Source: Candidatus Dadabacteria bacterium (GTDB taxonomy: Bacteria; Desulfobacterota_D; UBA1144; Nemesobacterales; CSP1-2). From it: a DNA stretch of 64,000 nucleotides. A program made the position numbers and the translations under genes. Where the stretch lies: contig PSLL01000006.1 in the NCBI GenBank assembly GCA_040289575.1, positions 1 through 64,000 on the forward strand. Reading direction: 5' to 3'. The notes below the pieces were generated by a model. That model made no database searches and was not told where the DNA came from. It was given only the letters and a program-made list of their open reading frames with translations. Shown here one piece after another: positions 7,905 to 18,388 of the stretch. Numbering within the stretch: position 1 is the stretch's first letter; every line of letters begins with the position of its first letter.

Positions 7905-9922
7905 GTGTGATCTATGGTTTTTAATTTATAGAAAGTGTGTGGGATTACAGGATTCTGGGACTTTAGAAAAATAACTACAAAAGCCGATCTCCTGAAGATG
8001 ACAGATACTCTGGCACACAGAGGACCGGATGATTCCGGTATATTCTTCGACTTTAAACAAGGAGTGGGACTCGGCCATAGGAGGCTTGCTATCATTGACC
8101 TCTCTTCCCAAGCAAAACAACCCATGGGAAATGACTCCGGCTCTATATGGGTTACATTCAACGGAGAGATTTATAACTATCGACAGATAAGAGAAGAACT
8201 GGTTTGCAATGGACATCAGTTCAGAACCAATTCTGACACCGAGGTAATTCTAAGGGCATACGAACAGTGGGGTATTGAGTGTATCTCACGGTTTAGAGGC
8301 ATGTTTGCATTCGCACTTTGGGACATCAAACACAATAAACTGTTTCTTGTACGAGACCGTCTCGGTGTAAAACCACTTTACTACTACTGGGATGGTCATC
8401 TGCTCCTATTTGCATCGGAACTAAGGGCTCTTGAGGTCTATCGTGAGTTTAAGAGGGATTTAGACCCACAATCATTGGCACTTTACCTGAGGTTCGGGTA
8501 TGTGCCATCTCCCCGGTGCATATATGCAAATACACATAAGGTGCGCCCTGGATGTTATCTAGAGGTATCCTCAGAGGGTTCATTAAGTGAAGTATGTTAT
8601 TGGAATCTCTTTAAATTCTCCGAGGCCCCCATTATAGAGAGATCAGAGTCGGAGATTGAGCAGGAGTTGGTGTCAATACTGTGTGAGGCTTTTTCATACA
8701 GATTGGTATCGGATGTGCCCGTAGGGATATTCCTAAGCGGTGGGATTGACTCATCCCTGGTAGCAGCCATATTGAAGTGTGAGTTAGGCAAGTCACTGCA
8801 GGCACTCACAGTAGGTTTTGACGAGGCGGAAAAAGACGAGTCTTTTTGGGCAAGAGCCGTAGCCCGGCACCTAGGGATGGAACACACAGAGGTACGCTGT
8901 TCACTACAGGAGGCAATTGAGATTGTGCCTAAGCTTTCGGATATATACGATGAGCCCTTTAGTGACAACTCGGCAATTCCCACATATTTAATATGCAAGA
9001 CAGCAAGGGACTATGTAAAGGTTGTGCTCTCCGGTGATGGTGGAGATGAATTCTTCTGCGGATATAATTTCTATACAGAATATAACTCCTTCTGGGGAAA
9101 AATATCCGCTATACCAATACCGCAACCGGTGCTTTCAAGGGCTGGACGCTCGGGTTGCATGGCATTGGGAACAAAGATCTTTAATCTCTTTTGTCGTCTT
9201 TTCCTTCATGCAGATGCTTATAGTTTAAGTGATAAAATAAACAGATGGTATCCTATACTTACAGCACCCAACTTTGTTGAGGCATACGTTTTATCAAGAA
9301 GCATCTGGTCCCAAGAGCAACTAAAATATCTTGCACCGGATCTCCAATCAGATATTCCATTCAAAGATTTTCCTAGAATTGACTGTGATCCTATTGCGGC
9401 GATGATGCTATTTGATGCTAAGATATACCTCCCAGATGACCTACTCGTGAAGATAGACAGAGCCAGTATGTCGGTAGGACTAGAAGTAAGAGAACCTCTC
9501 TTAGACCACAAATTAGTCGAATATGCCATCTCCCTACCACTCAAATACAAATACTCAAACAAGAAAACCAAATACATACTCAAACGTATCTTATACAAAT
9601 ATCTGCCAAGGGATTTGGTAGATAGACCAAAGAGAGGGTTTGGTGCCCCTCTGGAACAGTGGTTATTAAATGGTTCACTGAAGTCTGTTGTTCTGGATTA
9701 TCTAAATCCGAGGAGAATTCGAGAGCAGGGGATATTCTCTTCTGTATACATACAGAGGATGATGGATGATTTTAGGCAAGGTGTCTGGATCAACCCAAAT
9801 AAGATTTGGAATCTGGTTGCATTTGAACTGTGGTATGAGAGGTGATAGAGGTATGAAAATATCAGTATCGTCAAAAAGGCTTTGGTTTGTGAATCTCATA
9901 ATACTGGTCGTGTCTGTAATCA
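7905..9922 (+). repeat. 2018-bp direct repeat, copy 1 (copy 2 at 18359-20376)
   Basis: Constant offset 10454, identical protein translations. One synonymous difference noticed (8285 C vs 18739 A). Confidence 0.95.
7935..9845 (+). CDS. asnB: Asparagine synthase (glutamine-hydrolysing)-like amidotransferase, copy 1
   Basis: N-terminal MCGI, HRGPD, RRLAIID, LSGGIDSS and SGDGGDE motifs. Glycan-cluster context. Confidence 0.93.
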   Translation: MCGITGFWDFRKITTKADLLKMTDTLAHRGPDDSGIFFDFKQGVGLGHRRLAIIDLSSQAKQPMGNDSGSIWVTFNGEIYNYRQIREELVCNGHQFRTNSDTEVILRAYEQWGIECISRFRGMFAFALWDIKHNKLFLVRDRLGVKPLYYYWDGHLLLFASELRALEVYREFKRDLDPQSLALYLRFGYVPSPRCIYANTHKVRPGCYLEVSSEGSLSEVCYWNLFKFSEAPIIERSESEIEQELVSILCEAFSYRLVSDVPVGIFLSGGIDSSLVAAILKCELGKSLQALTVGFDEAEKDESFWARAVARHLGMEHTEVRCSLQEAIEIVPKLSDIYDEPFSDNSAIPTYLICKTARDYVKVVLSGDGGDEFFCGYNFYTEYNSFWGKISAIPIPQPVLSRAGRSGCMALGTKIFNLFCRLFLHADAYSLSDKINRWYPILTAPNFVEAYVLSRSIWSQEQLKYLAPDLQSDIPFKDFPRIDCDPIAAMMLFDAKIYLPDDLLVKIDRASMSVGLEVREPLLDHKLVEYAISLPLKYKYSNKKTKYILKRILYKYLPRDLVDRPKRGFGAPLEQWLLNGSLKSVVLDYLNPRRIREQGIFSSVYIQRMMDDFRQGVWINPNKIWNLVAFELWYER

Positions 9923-11064
9923 TATCACTGGTTTTTGTTGAGTTGATCCTTCGTGTTCGCGATTGGTACAATCCTGATAAGATAGGATTCCAACAATCGG
10001 ATGAAAAAAAGCCATATGAGTTCTCCACCACGCGTCATCATCGGCTGATTCCCAATGCCCGCTATCGACACATAGAACCGGAATTCAACTACATCTGGGC
10101 CAACAACTCACTCGGTATGCGGGACCGCGAGCGCCCACTAAAGAAAAGGCCGGGAAGCTTCCGAATCCTATTTCTAGGCGACTCTTTTGTTCAGGGTTGG
10201 GGCGTGCCCCTAGAGCAGACAATGACCATCCTATTAGAAAACAGCCTAAACAAACCGAAGCGGGAGAAAACAATCGAGGTTCTCAACGCCGGAGTATTCG
10301 GTTACGGCCCCTTTCTCGAATACCTCTACTTGAAAGAATTGATGCCATCAGTAGAGCCCGATCTCGTGATTGTAGGTTTCTTTCCGGGCAACGACGTCGG
10401 CGATGACTACTTCTATACACACCATGTACACTTTAAGGCGGACAGGTCGGTTTTCTTTGATGACCGGAAGTGGCCTTGGTCTTACCGCGACGAGGTGCTC
10501 GACGGCACTGCGAGCAAGACAGCGCACAACAGCTATATATCGTCCCTTTGGAACCGATTCAAACCCTGGCTTTTGAGATCGCATCTCGTTCTCGTTATTA
10601 AAAATTTGAGCGTACAAATCAAGTATCGTAGAGAGAAGGAACAGGAGAGAAAGCTCGTTCAAGACCGAAGAGACGATATTCGCATCAATCTAGGACTGGT
10701 TAACTATCCGGTTTTGGACCGAAATCAGCGCCTTGATTACTGGAAGCTCTCGAGAGGGTACCTCGCGGACATACACCGTCTGTGCAAAATGCGTGGAATC
10801 CCGATGGTTCTAGTTGTAATCCCGGCTTTGTATATCTTTGAGGAGAATCAATTCAAAGAGCCTTACGAGGTGCTAGATGAGATCGGCCGCGAGCTTTCTA
10901 TTCCAGTAATTCAACTCCTTCTGGAGTTCCAAAAATGGTCCCATGAGAAACTCGAGTATAAAATCGATCTACATTGGAATTCCAATGGAAATCGCTTGGC
11001 GGCAGCAATTCTGGATCGCGAACTTCGGAAATTGAACCTCCTTCCCCCAATACGAAGCCGCTGA
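9853..11064 (+). CDS. Membrane-anchored SGNH/GDSL hydrolase (possible glycan O-acyl modification)
   Basis: N-terminal TM, LGDSF, NAGVFGYG, GND and DLHWN motifs. GAGG RBS before ATG 9853. Confidence 0.85.
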   Translation: MKISVSSKRLWFVNLIILVVSVIISLVFVELILRVRDWYNPDKIGFQQSDEKKPYEFSTTRHHRLIPNARYRHIEPEFNYIWANNSLGMRDRERPLKKRPGSFRILFLGDSFVQGWGVPLEQTMTILLENSLNKPKREKTIEVLNAGVFGYGPFLEYLYLKELMPSVEPDLVIVGFFPGNDVGDDYFYTHHVHFKADRSVFFDDRKWPWSYRDEVLDGTASKTAHNSYISSLWNRFKPWLLRSHLVLVIKNLSVQIKYRREKEQERKLVQDRRDDIRINLGLVNYPVLDRNQRLDYWKLSRGYLADIHRLCKMRGIPMVLVVIPALYIFEENQFKEPYEVLDEIGRELSIPVIQLLLEFQKWSHEKLEYKIDLHWNSNGNRLAAAILDRELRKLNLLPPIRSR

Positions 11065-11214
11065 ATGCTTCTTTTTGGAAAAGGGAATGTGATATTATAT
11101 TTCGCAAGGTATCTGTGTTAAAAATTTAATAAACGCCGATTTTGAATAGAGTGTTAAAATCCGCTCTAGGCGGGCGTCGTAAGAAGATACGATTACTCCC
11201 ACAATAGACAAAAG

Positions 11215-12342
11215 ATGAGAATAGCATACATAACGAACTCCCATATTCCATCTGTATATGCAAACGGCATACAGACAATGAAGATGTGCGAAGCCATTGT
11301 CGGTCTTGGACACGAACTTACGCTTCTTGTCCCCCCTAATGAAAAAGAGGATATTCAAATTAAAGATGGTGATACACTTAGTTTTTATGGTGTGGAAAAG
11401 GTATTTGAAATTAAAGTAACTCCATTTAGGAGAAAATCTTTTCATGCTCTTGTCTCATCTATCTATGCTAAGCTCAAGAATGTAGACCTATGCTACACAA
11501 GATGTGATTATGCAGCGTATTTTGCGTCGAGACTCGGTATTTCAACTGTTTTTGAAGCCCATAAGCCTTTTTCTCCAAAGTTAGGAACTAGAATCAACCC
11601 ATCACTGCTTTTTAATTCGCCCTACTTGAAACTGGTATCTATCTCAAATTCCCTTACAAAACTCTATATACAGAACTATAATGTAAATCCCCAAAAGATA
11701 ATTACAGAACATGACGGAGTGGATTTAGAAAAATTCACCGCACTCCCAACAAAAGAGGAACTGAGGAGAGAACTCAATCTCCCACAAGATAAAAGAATAA
11801 TCTGCTATACGGGGAGTCTCTATAGAGGAAGAGGGATAGAACTACTGCTTTTAGCATCTAAAAAACTACCCCCAGACTCACTTGTCCTCCTTGTCGGGGG
11901 AAGAACGGAAGATTTAGAGAAATACAAACGTATAGCACTCAATATGGGCTGTACAAGTGTACACTTTACCGGATTCGTTCCAAACAACACCGTTCCAAAA
12001 TACCTTGTAGCATCCGACGTTTTAGTGATGCCATATCAAAGTGGTGCAGAAGACCCCAGCGGATGCGTAATAGCCGATTTTTTCTCCCCGCTTAAGATGT
12101 TTGAGTACATGGCTTCGGGCAGACCAATTATTGCATCAGACCTCGGTGTAATAAAAGAGATACTTAGGGACAGAGAAAATGCCATTCTCTTCGATCCTTC
12201 AGATGAGGTTGCATTTCTCAATGCAATAAAGATCGCATTGGAAGATAGGGAACTGGCTCAAAGAATCTCAAGAAACGCTCAAGAGGAGGTAAAAAAACAT
12301 ACTTGGGCTAAGAGGGCTCAGGAGATTTTCTCTTTTTTATAG
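11215..12342 (+). CDS. GT4 glycosyltransferase
   Basis: ANGIQTMKMC, HDGVD, GRGIE and SPLKMFEYMASG motifs. Confidence 0.92.
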   Translation: MRIAYITNSHIPSVYANGIQTMKMCEAIVGLGHELTLLVPPNEKEDIQIKDGDTLSFYGVEKVFEIKVTPFRRKSFHALVSSIYAKLKNVDLCYTRCDYAAYFASRLGISTVFEAHKPFSPKLGTRINPSLLFNSPYLKLVSISNSLTKLYIQNYNVNPQKIITEHDGVDLEKFTALPTKEELRRELNLPQDKRIICYTGSLYRGRGIELLLLASKKLPPDSLVLLVGGRTEDLEKYKRIALNMGCTSVHFTGFVPNNTVPKYLVASDVLVMPYQSGAEDPSGCVIADFFSPLKMFEYMASGRPIIASDLGVIKEILRDRENAILFDPSDEVAFLNAIKIALEDRELAQRISRNAQEEVKKHTWAKRAQEIFSFL

Positions 12343-12462
12343 GATTTCTCACTTGATAGGGGAAATTTTTGTTGAGTTGACAAGAAGGTAGGGGACTGTA
12401 TTATAATTGGGATTCAGATTAGAAGATTACTATATCCAATAAAAGCACGTAAGTATAAGTAT

Positions 12463-13293
12463 ATGAGCTTATTTGCTATTCGTGATGACGATACCAGTTT
12501 CTTCACCAAGCCAGAGGAATTAGAAGCGATATACCGTCATCTCTGGGGTCAAATACCTATATCGCTGGCTGTAGTGCCTTTCACCGTCGCCGCGCATCGC
12601 GATGTAGTGTTTTCTAACAGCGCCCCAGAGGAACAAACCTTTCCTCTTGGTGAAAATGTAGATTTGGTCATATATCTGAAGGAGCGGCTTCAACACCGGG
12701 ATATAGAGGTTATGCTGCACGGTTTCACACACCAGTATCGGAAAAATAAATGGGGGTGGCTTAGTGAGTATACTTGGAAAAGCGAGCACCGGCTGCACAC
12801 AGAAACAAGAACCGGTAAGTGTTATCTAGAGGATTTATTAAATACGCAGATTCGCGTGTTTGTGCCGCCGAATAATAAGATAGGCAAAGCAGGTGTAAGG
12901 GCAGTTGTCACAGCAAATCTACATATCTGCTATGGAAGTGGTAGGGGTGTGATTCACCCCTGTGGTTTGACGTATGCTAAAGCCGACCTGAGGCGATGGA
13001 TGTTTGGGATCCTGAGGAGGCGCCGTTATCCATTTCCATTAGACCTAGGCACACACAAGGAGTCCGTATCGTATGAGCTGAATTTTAAGAAGGCGGCTTA
13101 TGAGAGATTGCGTGATGCTTTGGAGTATTGTATAAAACTCTCAGCGCCGTTTGTATTAGCAACGCACTATTGGCAATTTCAACGTTATCCCACTATGTTA
13201 GCAGAACTATACAAGCTGGTAGATCACGCTCTGAAATTAGGGGCAAAACCCGCGACGGTATCCGAATGTATGGGGAGTTCTGTGAATGTTTAA
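12463..13293 (+). CDS. Polysaccharide deacetylase (DUF2334-like)
   Basis: IRDDD, LHGFTH, FVPP and ATH motifs. Confidence 0.8.
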   Translation: MSLFAIRDDDTSFFTKPEELEAIYRHLWGQIPISLAVVPFTVAAHRDVVFSNSAPEEQTFPLGENVDLVIYLKERLQHRDIEVMLHGFTHQYRKNKWGWLSEYTWKSEHRLHTETRTGKCYLEDLLNTQIRVFVPPNNKIGKAGVRAVVTANLHICYGSGRGVIHPCGLTYAKADLRRWMFGILRRRRYPFPLDLGTHKESVSYELNFKKAAYERLRDALEYCIKLSAPFVLATHYWQFQRYPTMLAELYKLVDHALKLGAKPATVSECMGSSVNV

Positions 13294-13382
13294 TCTAATT
13301 GGAGGAATATAGTTCTATTTAATAGAATTAGTATAGAAACACATGTACTTATAATTCTTACCCCTACTTACTTTACATACCC

Positions 13383-14357
13383 ATGCGTAATCTTAATATA
13401 TCTAGATTTTTAGTTACGGGAGGAGCCGGATTCATAGGCTCACATATTGTGGAAGAACTCCTAAAAAGGGGAACACGGGTCCGAGTACTCGACAACTTTG
13501 AAACCGGCAAAAGAGAGAATCTTAGATTTCCCAATCTGCCTAATGATACGGTAGATCGCTCCTTAGAGTTGATTGAAGGTGATATTCGTAACTTAGATGT
13601 GTGCCGCGAAGCCTGCGACGGGATGGATTATGTTCTCCACCAGGCTGCCTTAACCTCAGTTCCCAAATCGGTAAATTATCCAGGTGTTACGAATGAGGTT
13701 AACGTCAATGGAACACTAAATGTATTATTAGCAGCCAAGGAAAAGGGCATAAAGCGAGTGGTTTATGCTTCCTCCTCCTCGATTTATGGGAAATCTGATC
13801 GCCTGCCCCTCCAAGAAGATCAAAAGCCGTCTCCTATATCCCCCTATGCCGTATCAAAGCTTGCCGGAGAGTACTACTGCGCAGTATTTAGCAAAATTTA
13901 TGGCTTAGAAACCATAAGTCTACGCTACTTTAATGTATTCGGACCACGGCAGGACCCACAATCCAAGTATGCCGCAGTTATTCCCAAATTTATTCAGGCG
14001 GCTTTAAAAGGAGAACCCTTGGAGATTCATGGGGATGGGCTTCAGACTAGGGATTTTACGTATGTGGATAATGTCGTCGAGGCTAATCTCCTTGCTATAA
14101 AAATCCCCAACACAAACGGCGAGGTTGTAAATATTGCCTGTGGCAAGCGCTATTCCATACTGGACCTTGTAAATGGTATAAGTGAGATCCTAGGAAAAGA
14201 ATTAAGAACCTACCGTATTGAACAAAGAACGGCAGACGTCCGCCATTCTCTAGCAGATACCTCTTTAGCAACCCGACTTTTGGGATACGGAGTAAAGGTG
14301 GATTTCATAGAAGGTCTGACCAAGACCATAGCTTATTTCAATAGGAACAGTGATTAA
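13383..14357 (+). CDS. NAD-dependent nucleotide-sugar 4-epimerase (WbpP/VipB-like)
   Basis: TGGAGFIGSH, HQAA, SSSS, YAVSK and RYFNVFGPRQDP motifs. Confidence 0.92.
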   Translation: MRNLNISRFLVTGGAGFIGSHIVEELLKRGTRVRVLDNFETGKRENLRFPNLPNDTVDRSLELIEGDIRNLDVCREACDGMDYVLHQAALTSVPKSVNYPGVTNEVNVNGTLNVLLAAKEKGIKRVVYASSSSIYGKSDRLPLQEDQKPSPISPYAVSKLAGEYYCAVFSKIYGLETISLRYFNVFGPRQDPQSKYAAVIPKFIQAALKGEPLEIHGDGLQTRDFTYVDNVVEANLLAIKIPNTNGEVVNIACGKRYSILDLVNGISEILGKELRTYRIEQRTADVRHSLADTSLATRLLGYGVKVDFIEGLTKTIAYFNRNSD

Positions 14358-14463
14358 ATGGTATAAAAATCATCATAAGATTTCTATGTTCCCTCAAATT
14401 AGAGTAATGATGTTGTTTAATCCAATCTTCACTAACTCAACCAAAAGCTATACATAAGGCGAG

Positions 14464-15627
14464 ATGAAAATCCTCTTTATAGTACCTAACCTTGTAGCTG
14501 GTGGAGCCGAAAGACAGATTATCTACTTAATGAGAGGACTTCTCGAAAGAGGATTCTCCCCCTCTCTTTTTATGCTCGATCCCGTAGGTGTATTCTTGGA
14601 TGAAATCCCGTATGGAGTTAAGGTGTATTTACCCAAATCCCACAGACCCAGCAATCCCTCAATGAACTTGGTGATTCACCACAGGAATCCATTAAAGACA
14701 ATACGAGAAATAATACGAGTCGTGCGCAAGGAAAATCCCGTCATTCTCTACAGCAGGCACTGGCCTACAAAAATACCAACCGCCTTTGCAGGTTGGCTGC
14801 TCAGAAAGAAGGTTGTCCTATCAGAGGTTAATAGTTTAGCCTACGAGATGGCATATAGGGACACGAGCAGAAGGAACTTTTATTTAAAGAACATAGCCTG
14901 CCGTCTGGCAGATGTGATAGTAGCCGTATCCCAAGGAGTAGCCGATAGCCTTGATCAACTTTTTAAACTCAATCCCAAGGTAAGGGTAATCTATAACGGA
15001 CTCGATCTAGAGGAAATAGAGAAAAAAAGCAGAGAAGAGATCTCACATCCATGGTTTAATCATGCACAGCCAATAGCAGTAACTGCAGGAAGGTTAGTTA
15101 ATCAAAAGGGCTTTGTCCATTTACTTGAAGCGGTAAAACTCGTCAACGACAAGGCTCCTCTGAGGCTTCTTATAATGGGTGATGGAAAGCTTAAAGAAGA
15201 ACTCAAAAAGCGGACAGAAGAGCTTGGAATAAAAGATAAAGTGGACTTCCTCGGGGTAAAGAAAAACCCTTTTGCGTATATGGCAAGGTGCAATTTATTT
15301 GTTCTATCATCACTTTATGAAGGGCTGCCAAATGTCTTAGTAGAGGCTATGGCATTGGGATTACCTGTAATTTCAACAAATTGCCCGTATGGACCTAGCG
15401 AAATAATCGAGGATGGGAAAAATGGAATCCTGGTTCCAGTTAAGAACCCTCGAGCCATCTCAGAGGCCGTTTTAAAGGTGTTGGGAGATAACCAATTGAG
15501 AGATAAACTAAGAAAAGAGGCAAAGATAAGGGCAAGGGATTTTTCTTTGGATAATATGATTTCTGAGTACGCTGAACTATTTTTAAGTTTATCTGCAAGG
15601 CATAAAACGGGAGAAATCCTGAGCTAG
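14464..15627 (+). CDS. GT4 glycosyltransferase (WabH/PglJ-like)
   Basis: GGAER, AGRL..QKG and EGLPNVLVEAMA..STNCPYGPSEI motifs. Confidence 0.92.
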   Translation: MKILFIVPNLVAGGAERQIIYLMRGLLERGFSPSLFMLDPVGVFLDEIPYGVKVYLPKSHRPSNPSMNLVIHHRNPLKTIREIIRVVRKENPVILYSRHWPTKIPTAFAGWLLRKKVVLSEVNSLAYEMAYRDTSRRNFYLKNIACRLADVIVAVSQGVADSLDQLFKLNPKVRVIYNGLDLEEIEKKSREEISHPWFNHAQPIAVTAGRLVNQKGFVHLLEAVKLVNDKAPLRLLIMGDGKLKEELKKRTEELGIKDKVDFLGVKKNPFAYMARCNLFVLSSLYEGLPNVLVEAMALGLPVISTNCPYGPSEIIEDGKNGILVPVKNPRAISEAVLKVLGDNQLRDKLRKEAKIRARDFSLDNMISEYAELFLSLSARHKTGEILS

Positions 15628-15643
15628 CGATTATAGAAAACAC

Positions 15644-16840
15644 ATGGGTGAGTATTCTCCATATCTTCCCAAAGCCATGATCCAGATCATTGACGATGCC
15701 GCCGCCGGAGGAGCGGAAAACCATACCCGTCTGATCACCAAAGAATTTGCACGAAGAGGCTACAGTATTCTGTTTATCTCCCCTCCCGGACCCCTTGTAG
15801 AGCGATTCAAGAAAATAAAAGAATTAGAAGGAGCCGATGTCGAGGTCTTAACAACCCCTATTATTTCAAAGCACTACATGAACCCCCTTTTGGGGTTTGA
15901 CCTCATACATCTTATTAAAGCAATCCGGTTATTGAGGAATTGTATTAGAGAAAAGCAGATTCAGGTAATACACAGCCATAAGCACCCGATGGATTTCCTG
16001 GTTGCCCTTGCTGTGCGCCCATTCCCATTCATAAAAAAGATTACAACGATTCATAGTACCGAGAATAAGGAGAAATTCTGGGCCTGGAGGTGGTGGAGAT
16101 ACTATTTTATAAAGAAATCCCTTATGAAGTTCGATTACATTTTTGCGGTATCGGAAAGTGTAAGGAGAAATACAATCCGTTATTTCTCATTGCCTTCTCA
16201 GAAGGTAATCACGGTGATAAATGGTATTGATCTGTCTGAACTAAAACCAGACCTATCGGCGGATGAGGTTCGAGGAATGTATAAAATACCACCGGATCAT
16301 TTTGTGATACTATGCGTGGGTAGATTAGAGTATCCGAAGGGTCAAGACATCCTAATTCGGGCTATTGCCTCCGTACTAAAATCCGGGGATTTTTCTGAGA
16401 AAATCTCGGTTCTGCTTGTAGGAAGCCCCCACCCTCTATCATTTAAGAAGAAATTGCAGGCTCTTTCAGAAGAACTAAGGATTGAAAAGAACATTATTTG
16501 GATCAGTTATGACCCTAATGTTCCAAACATCCTACAGATAGCTGATCTATACATACAACCCTCCCGACGAGATGCCCTACCAAGGGCTCTTATGGAAGCA
16601 ATGGGAATGGGTGTTTGCCCCATAGGCTCTAATGTAGATGGAATCCCAGAGATAATTGAGCACGAAAAGACAGGGTTAATCTTTGAAAATGAAGACGCAG
16701 AGGATTTGGCCCGTCAAATTAAAAAGGTGATCTCTCATCCCGAGATGAGGAAATTCTATGGAGACGAGGCGATAAAGAGGATTAAAGCGCGCCATACCAC
16801 CTTTCACATGGTAGATACAATTGAGAAATACATAAGATGA
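15644..16840 (+). CDS. GT4 glycosyltransferase
   Basis: GGAE, NGID, GRL..PKG and DALPRALMEAM motifs. Confidence 0.9.
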   Translation: MGEYSPYLPKAMIQIIDDAAAGGAENHTRLITKEFARRGYSILFISPPGPLVERFKKIKELEGADVEVLTTPIISKHYMNPLLGFDLIHLIKAIRLLRNCIREKQIQVIHSHKHPMDFLVALAVRPFPFIKKITTIHSTENKEKFWAWRWWRYYFIKKSLMKFDYIFAVSESVRRNTIRYFSLPSQKVITVINGIDLSELKPDLSADEVRGMYKIPPDHFVILCVGRLEYPKGQDILIRAIASVLKSGDFSEKISVLLVGSPHPLSFKKKLQALSEELRIEKNIIWISYDPNVPNILQIADLYIQPSRRDALPRALMEAMGMGVCPIGSNVDGIPEIIEHEKTGLIFENEDAEDLARQIKKVISHPEMRKFYGDEAIKRIKARHTTFHMVDTIEKYIR

Positions 16841-16870
16841 GAACAGATAACCAGTAGCTGTTTGTTTATA

Positions 16871-18085
16871 TTACTCATACCTCAATGCTTCAATCGGGTC
16901 TAATTTAGACGCCTTCTTTGCCGGATAAAGACCGAAGAAAATCCCAACTACCACCGCAAAACTAAAGGCAAGCATTATAGAACCGAAAGAAACCAATGCG
17001 GGCCAACGTGTAAAAAATGAAGCAACCTTCGAGCCTACTACTCCTACCACTATCCCTATTAATCCCCCTATGAGAGAAAGCACGAGAGCCTCTATCAAAA
17101 ACTGCAGGAGTATGTCTTTCTCTCTGGCTCCCACAGATATGCGTATCCCAATCTCCTTTGTCCTCTCCGTGACAGAGACGAGCATTATGTTCATTATTCC
17201 GATTCCGCCCACAATAAGAGAAATAGAAGCTATACTCCCAAGGAGAATCGTCATTACCTTCGAGATTGTAAATATCCTCTGCGTAATATCAATCTGGGTC
17301 TTTATAGAGAAATCATCCGGTATACCGGGGCGTATCTGGTGACGCTCTCTTAGGAGTTGAGCTATTTGAGCCTGGGCAATCGGCACATCCCTCTGCGTCC
17401 TTACAGATAGCGTGATTTTCCCCACGGTTGTAACACCCATTATTCGTTTCTGAAGCGTCGTATAGGGAATTACAACTATGTCGTCCTGATCGCTTCCACC
17501 GGGGGTCTGTCCTTTAGAACTCAAAACACCTATTACTCTAAAGGAGTTGCTTCCAATCCTTATCGCCTCGCCTATGGGGTCCTGGTATCCAAAGAGATTA
17601 AGAGCCACACTCTTCCCTAGCACACACACCATATCCGCATTCAAGACATCATCTTGTATAAAGAAGTTTCCCCTCTCAGGAAACCAGTCGTTTATATGGA
17701 CAAAATCAGGCGAGGCGCCCACTATGGCAGTGAACCAATTCCGGTTGCCCCAGACGACCTGTCTAGTTGTTTTTAGGGTCGGCGATACATAAGTGACCAT
17801 AGGCAGTTGTCTAATAGCTTCGGCGTCTCCCGGAGTTAGGGTGTCCACCCACCCTCTGCCCATGGTCACGCCGCTTCGCGTCTTGCTCCCCGAATCAATA
17901 ACAATAGAAGTTCCTCCAAGGCTTGTTATCTGCTGTTCTATTGTCTCTTTTGCACCCTGTGTTAGGGCTATCATAGTTATGACAGAGGCAACCCCTATAA
18001 TTATGCCAAGCGTGGTGAGAATCGAGCGGACTTTGTTCTTTTTTAAAGTCTTATATGAAACCTTAAACGCTGCCCAGGGATTCAT
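16871..18085 (-). CDS. MacB/FtsX-family ABC transporter permease
   Basis: RSILTTLGIIIG, GGIGIMNIMLVSVTERTKEIG and LDPIEALRYE motifs. Confidence 0.93.
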   Translation of the reverse strand: MNPWAAFKVSYKTLKKNKVRSILTTLGIIIGVASVITMIALTQGAKETIEQQITSLGGTSIVIDSGSKTRSGVTMGRGWVDTLTPGDAEAIRQLPMVTYVSPTLKTTRQVVWGNRNWFTAIVGASPDFVHINDWFPERGNFFIQDDVLNADMVCVLGKSVALNLFGYQDPIGEAIRIGSNSFRVIGVLSSKGQTPGGSDQDDIVVIPYTTLQKRIMGVTTVGKITLSVRTQRDVPIAQAQIAQLLRERHQIRPGIPDDFSIKTQIDITQRIFTISKVMTILLGSIASISLIVGGIGIMNIMLVSVTERTKEIGIRISVGAREKDILLQFLIEALVLSLIGGLIGIVVGVVGSKVASFFTRWPALVSFGSIMLAFSFAVVVGIFFGLYPAKKASKLDPIEALRYE

Positions 18086-18254
18086 GCTCTCTATGGATTC
18101 CTGTAGACTAAATTTAAATAGAAGACAAAGGACGAGAATCCAATTACAAATTTAATTATACGATGGTTACCGGAAACCATCAAGTTATAACAAACTATTA
18201 TCAAGGCATTTTTTCAATCTGTTTAATTCGATGGTTCTACCCAGTCGGTCTAAC

Positions 18255-18309
18255 ATTACAAAAGTTTAATCTTTATTTCATGCTTCTGTCATAATCGTCT
18301 GGTTAAAGT
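18255..18309 (+). promoter_or_regulatory. OmpR/CusR-type box array plus -10 (site 1)
   Basis: ATTACA-aaag-TTTAAT-N5-TTTCAT-N5-TGTCAT-N11-TAAAGT. Confidence 0.7.
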
Positions 18310-18388
18310 CTAAGTCTCTAATTCTAGAGTAATACTTGGAATTACCGAATATTTAAGAGTGTGATCTATGGTTTTTAATTTATAGAAA

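Noticed and set aside
9766..9852. Longer start for the SGNH hydrolase
   Set aside because: It overlaps asnB by 80 nt. ATG 9853 has a GAGG RBS and begins with a signal anchor.
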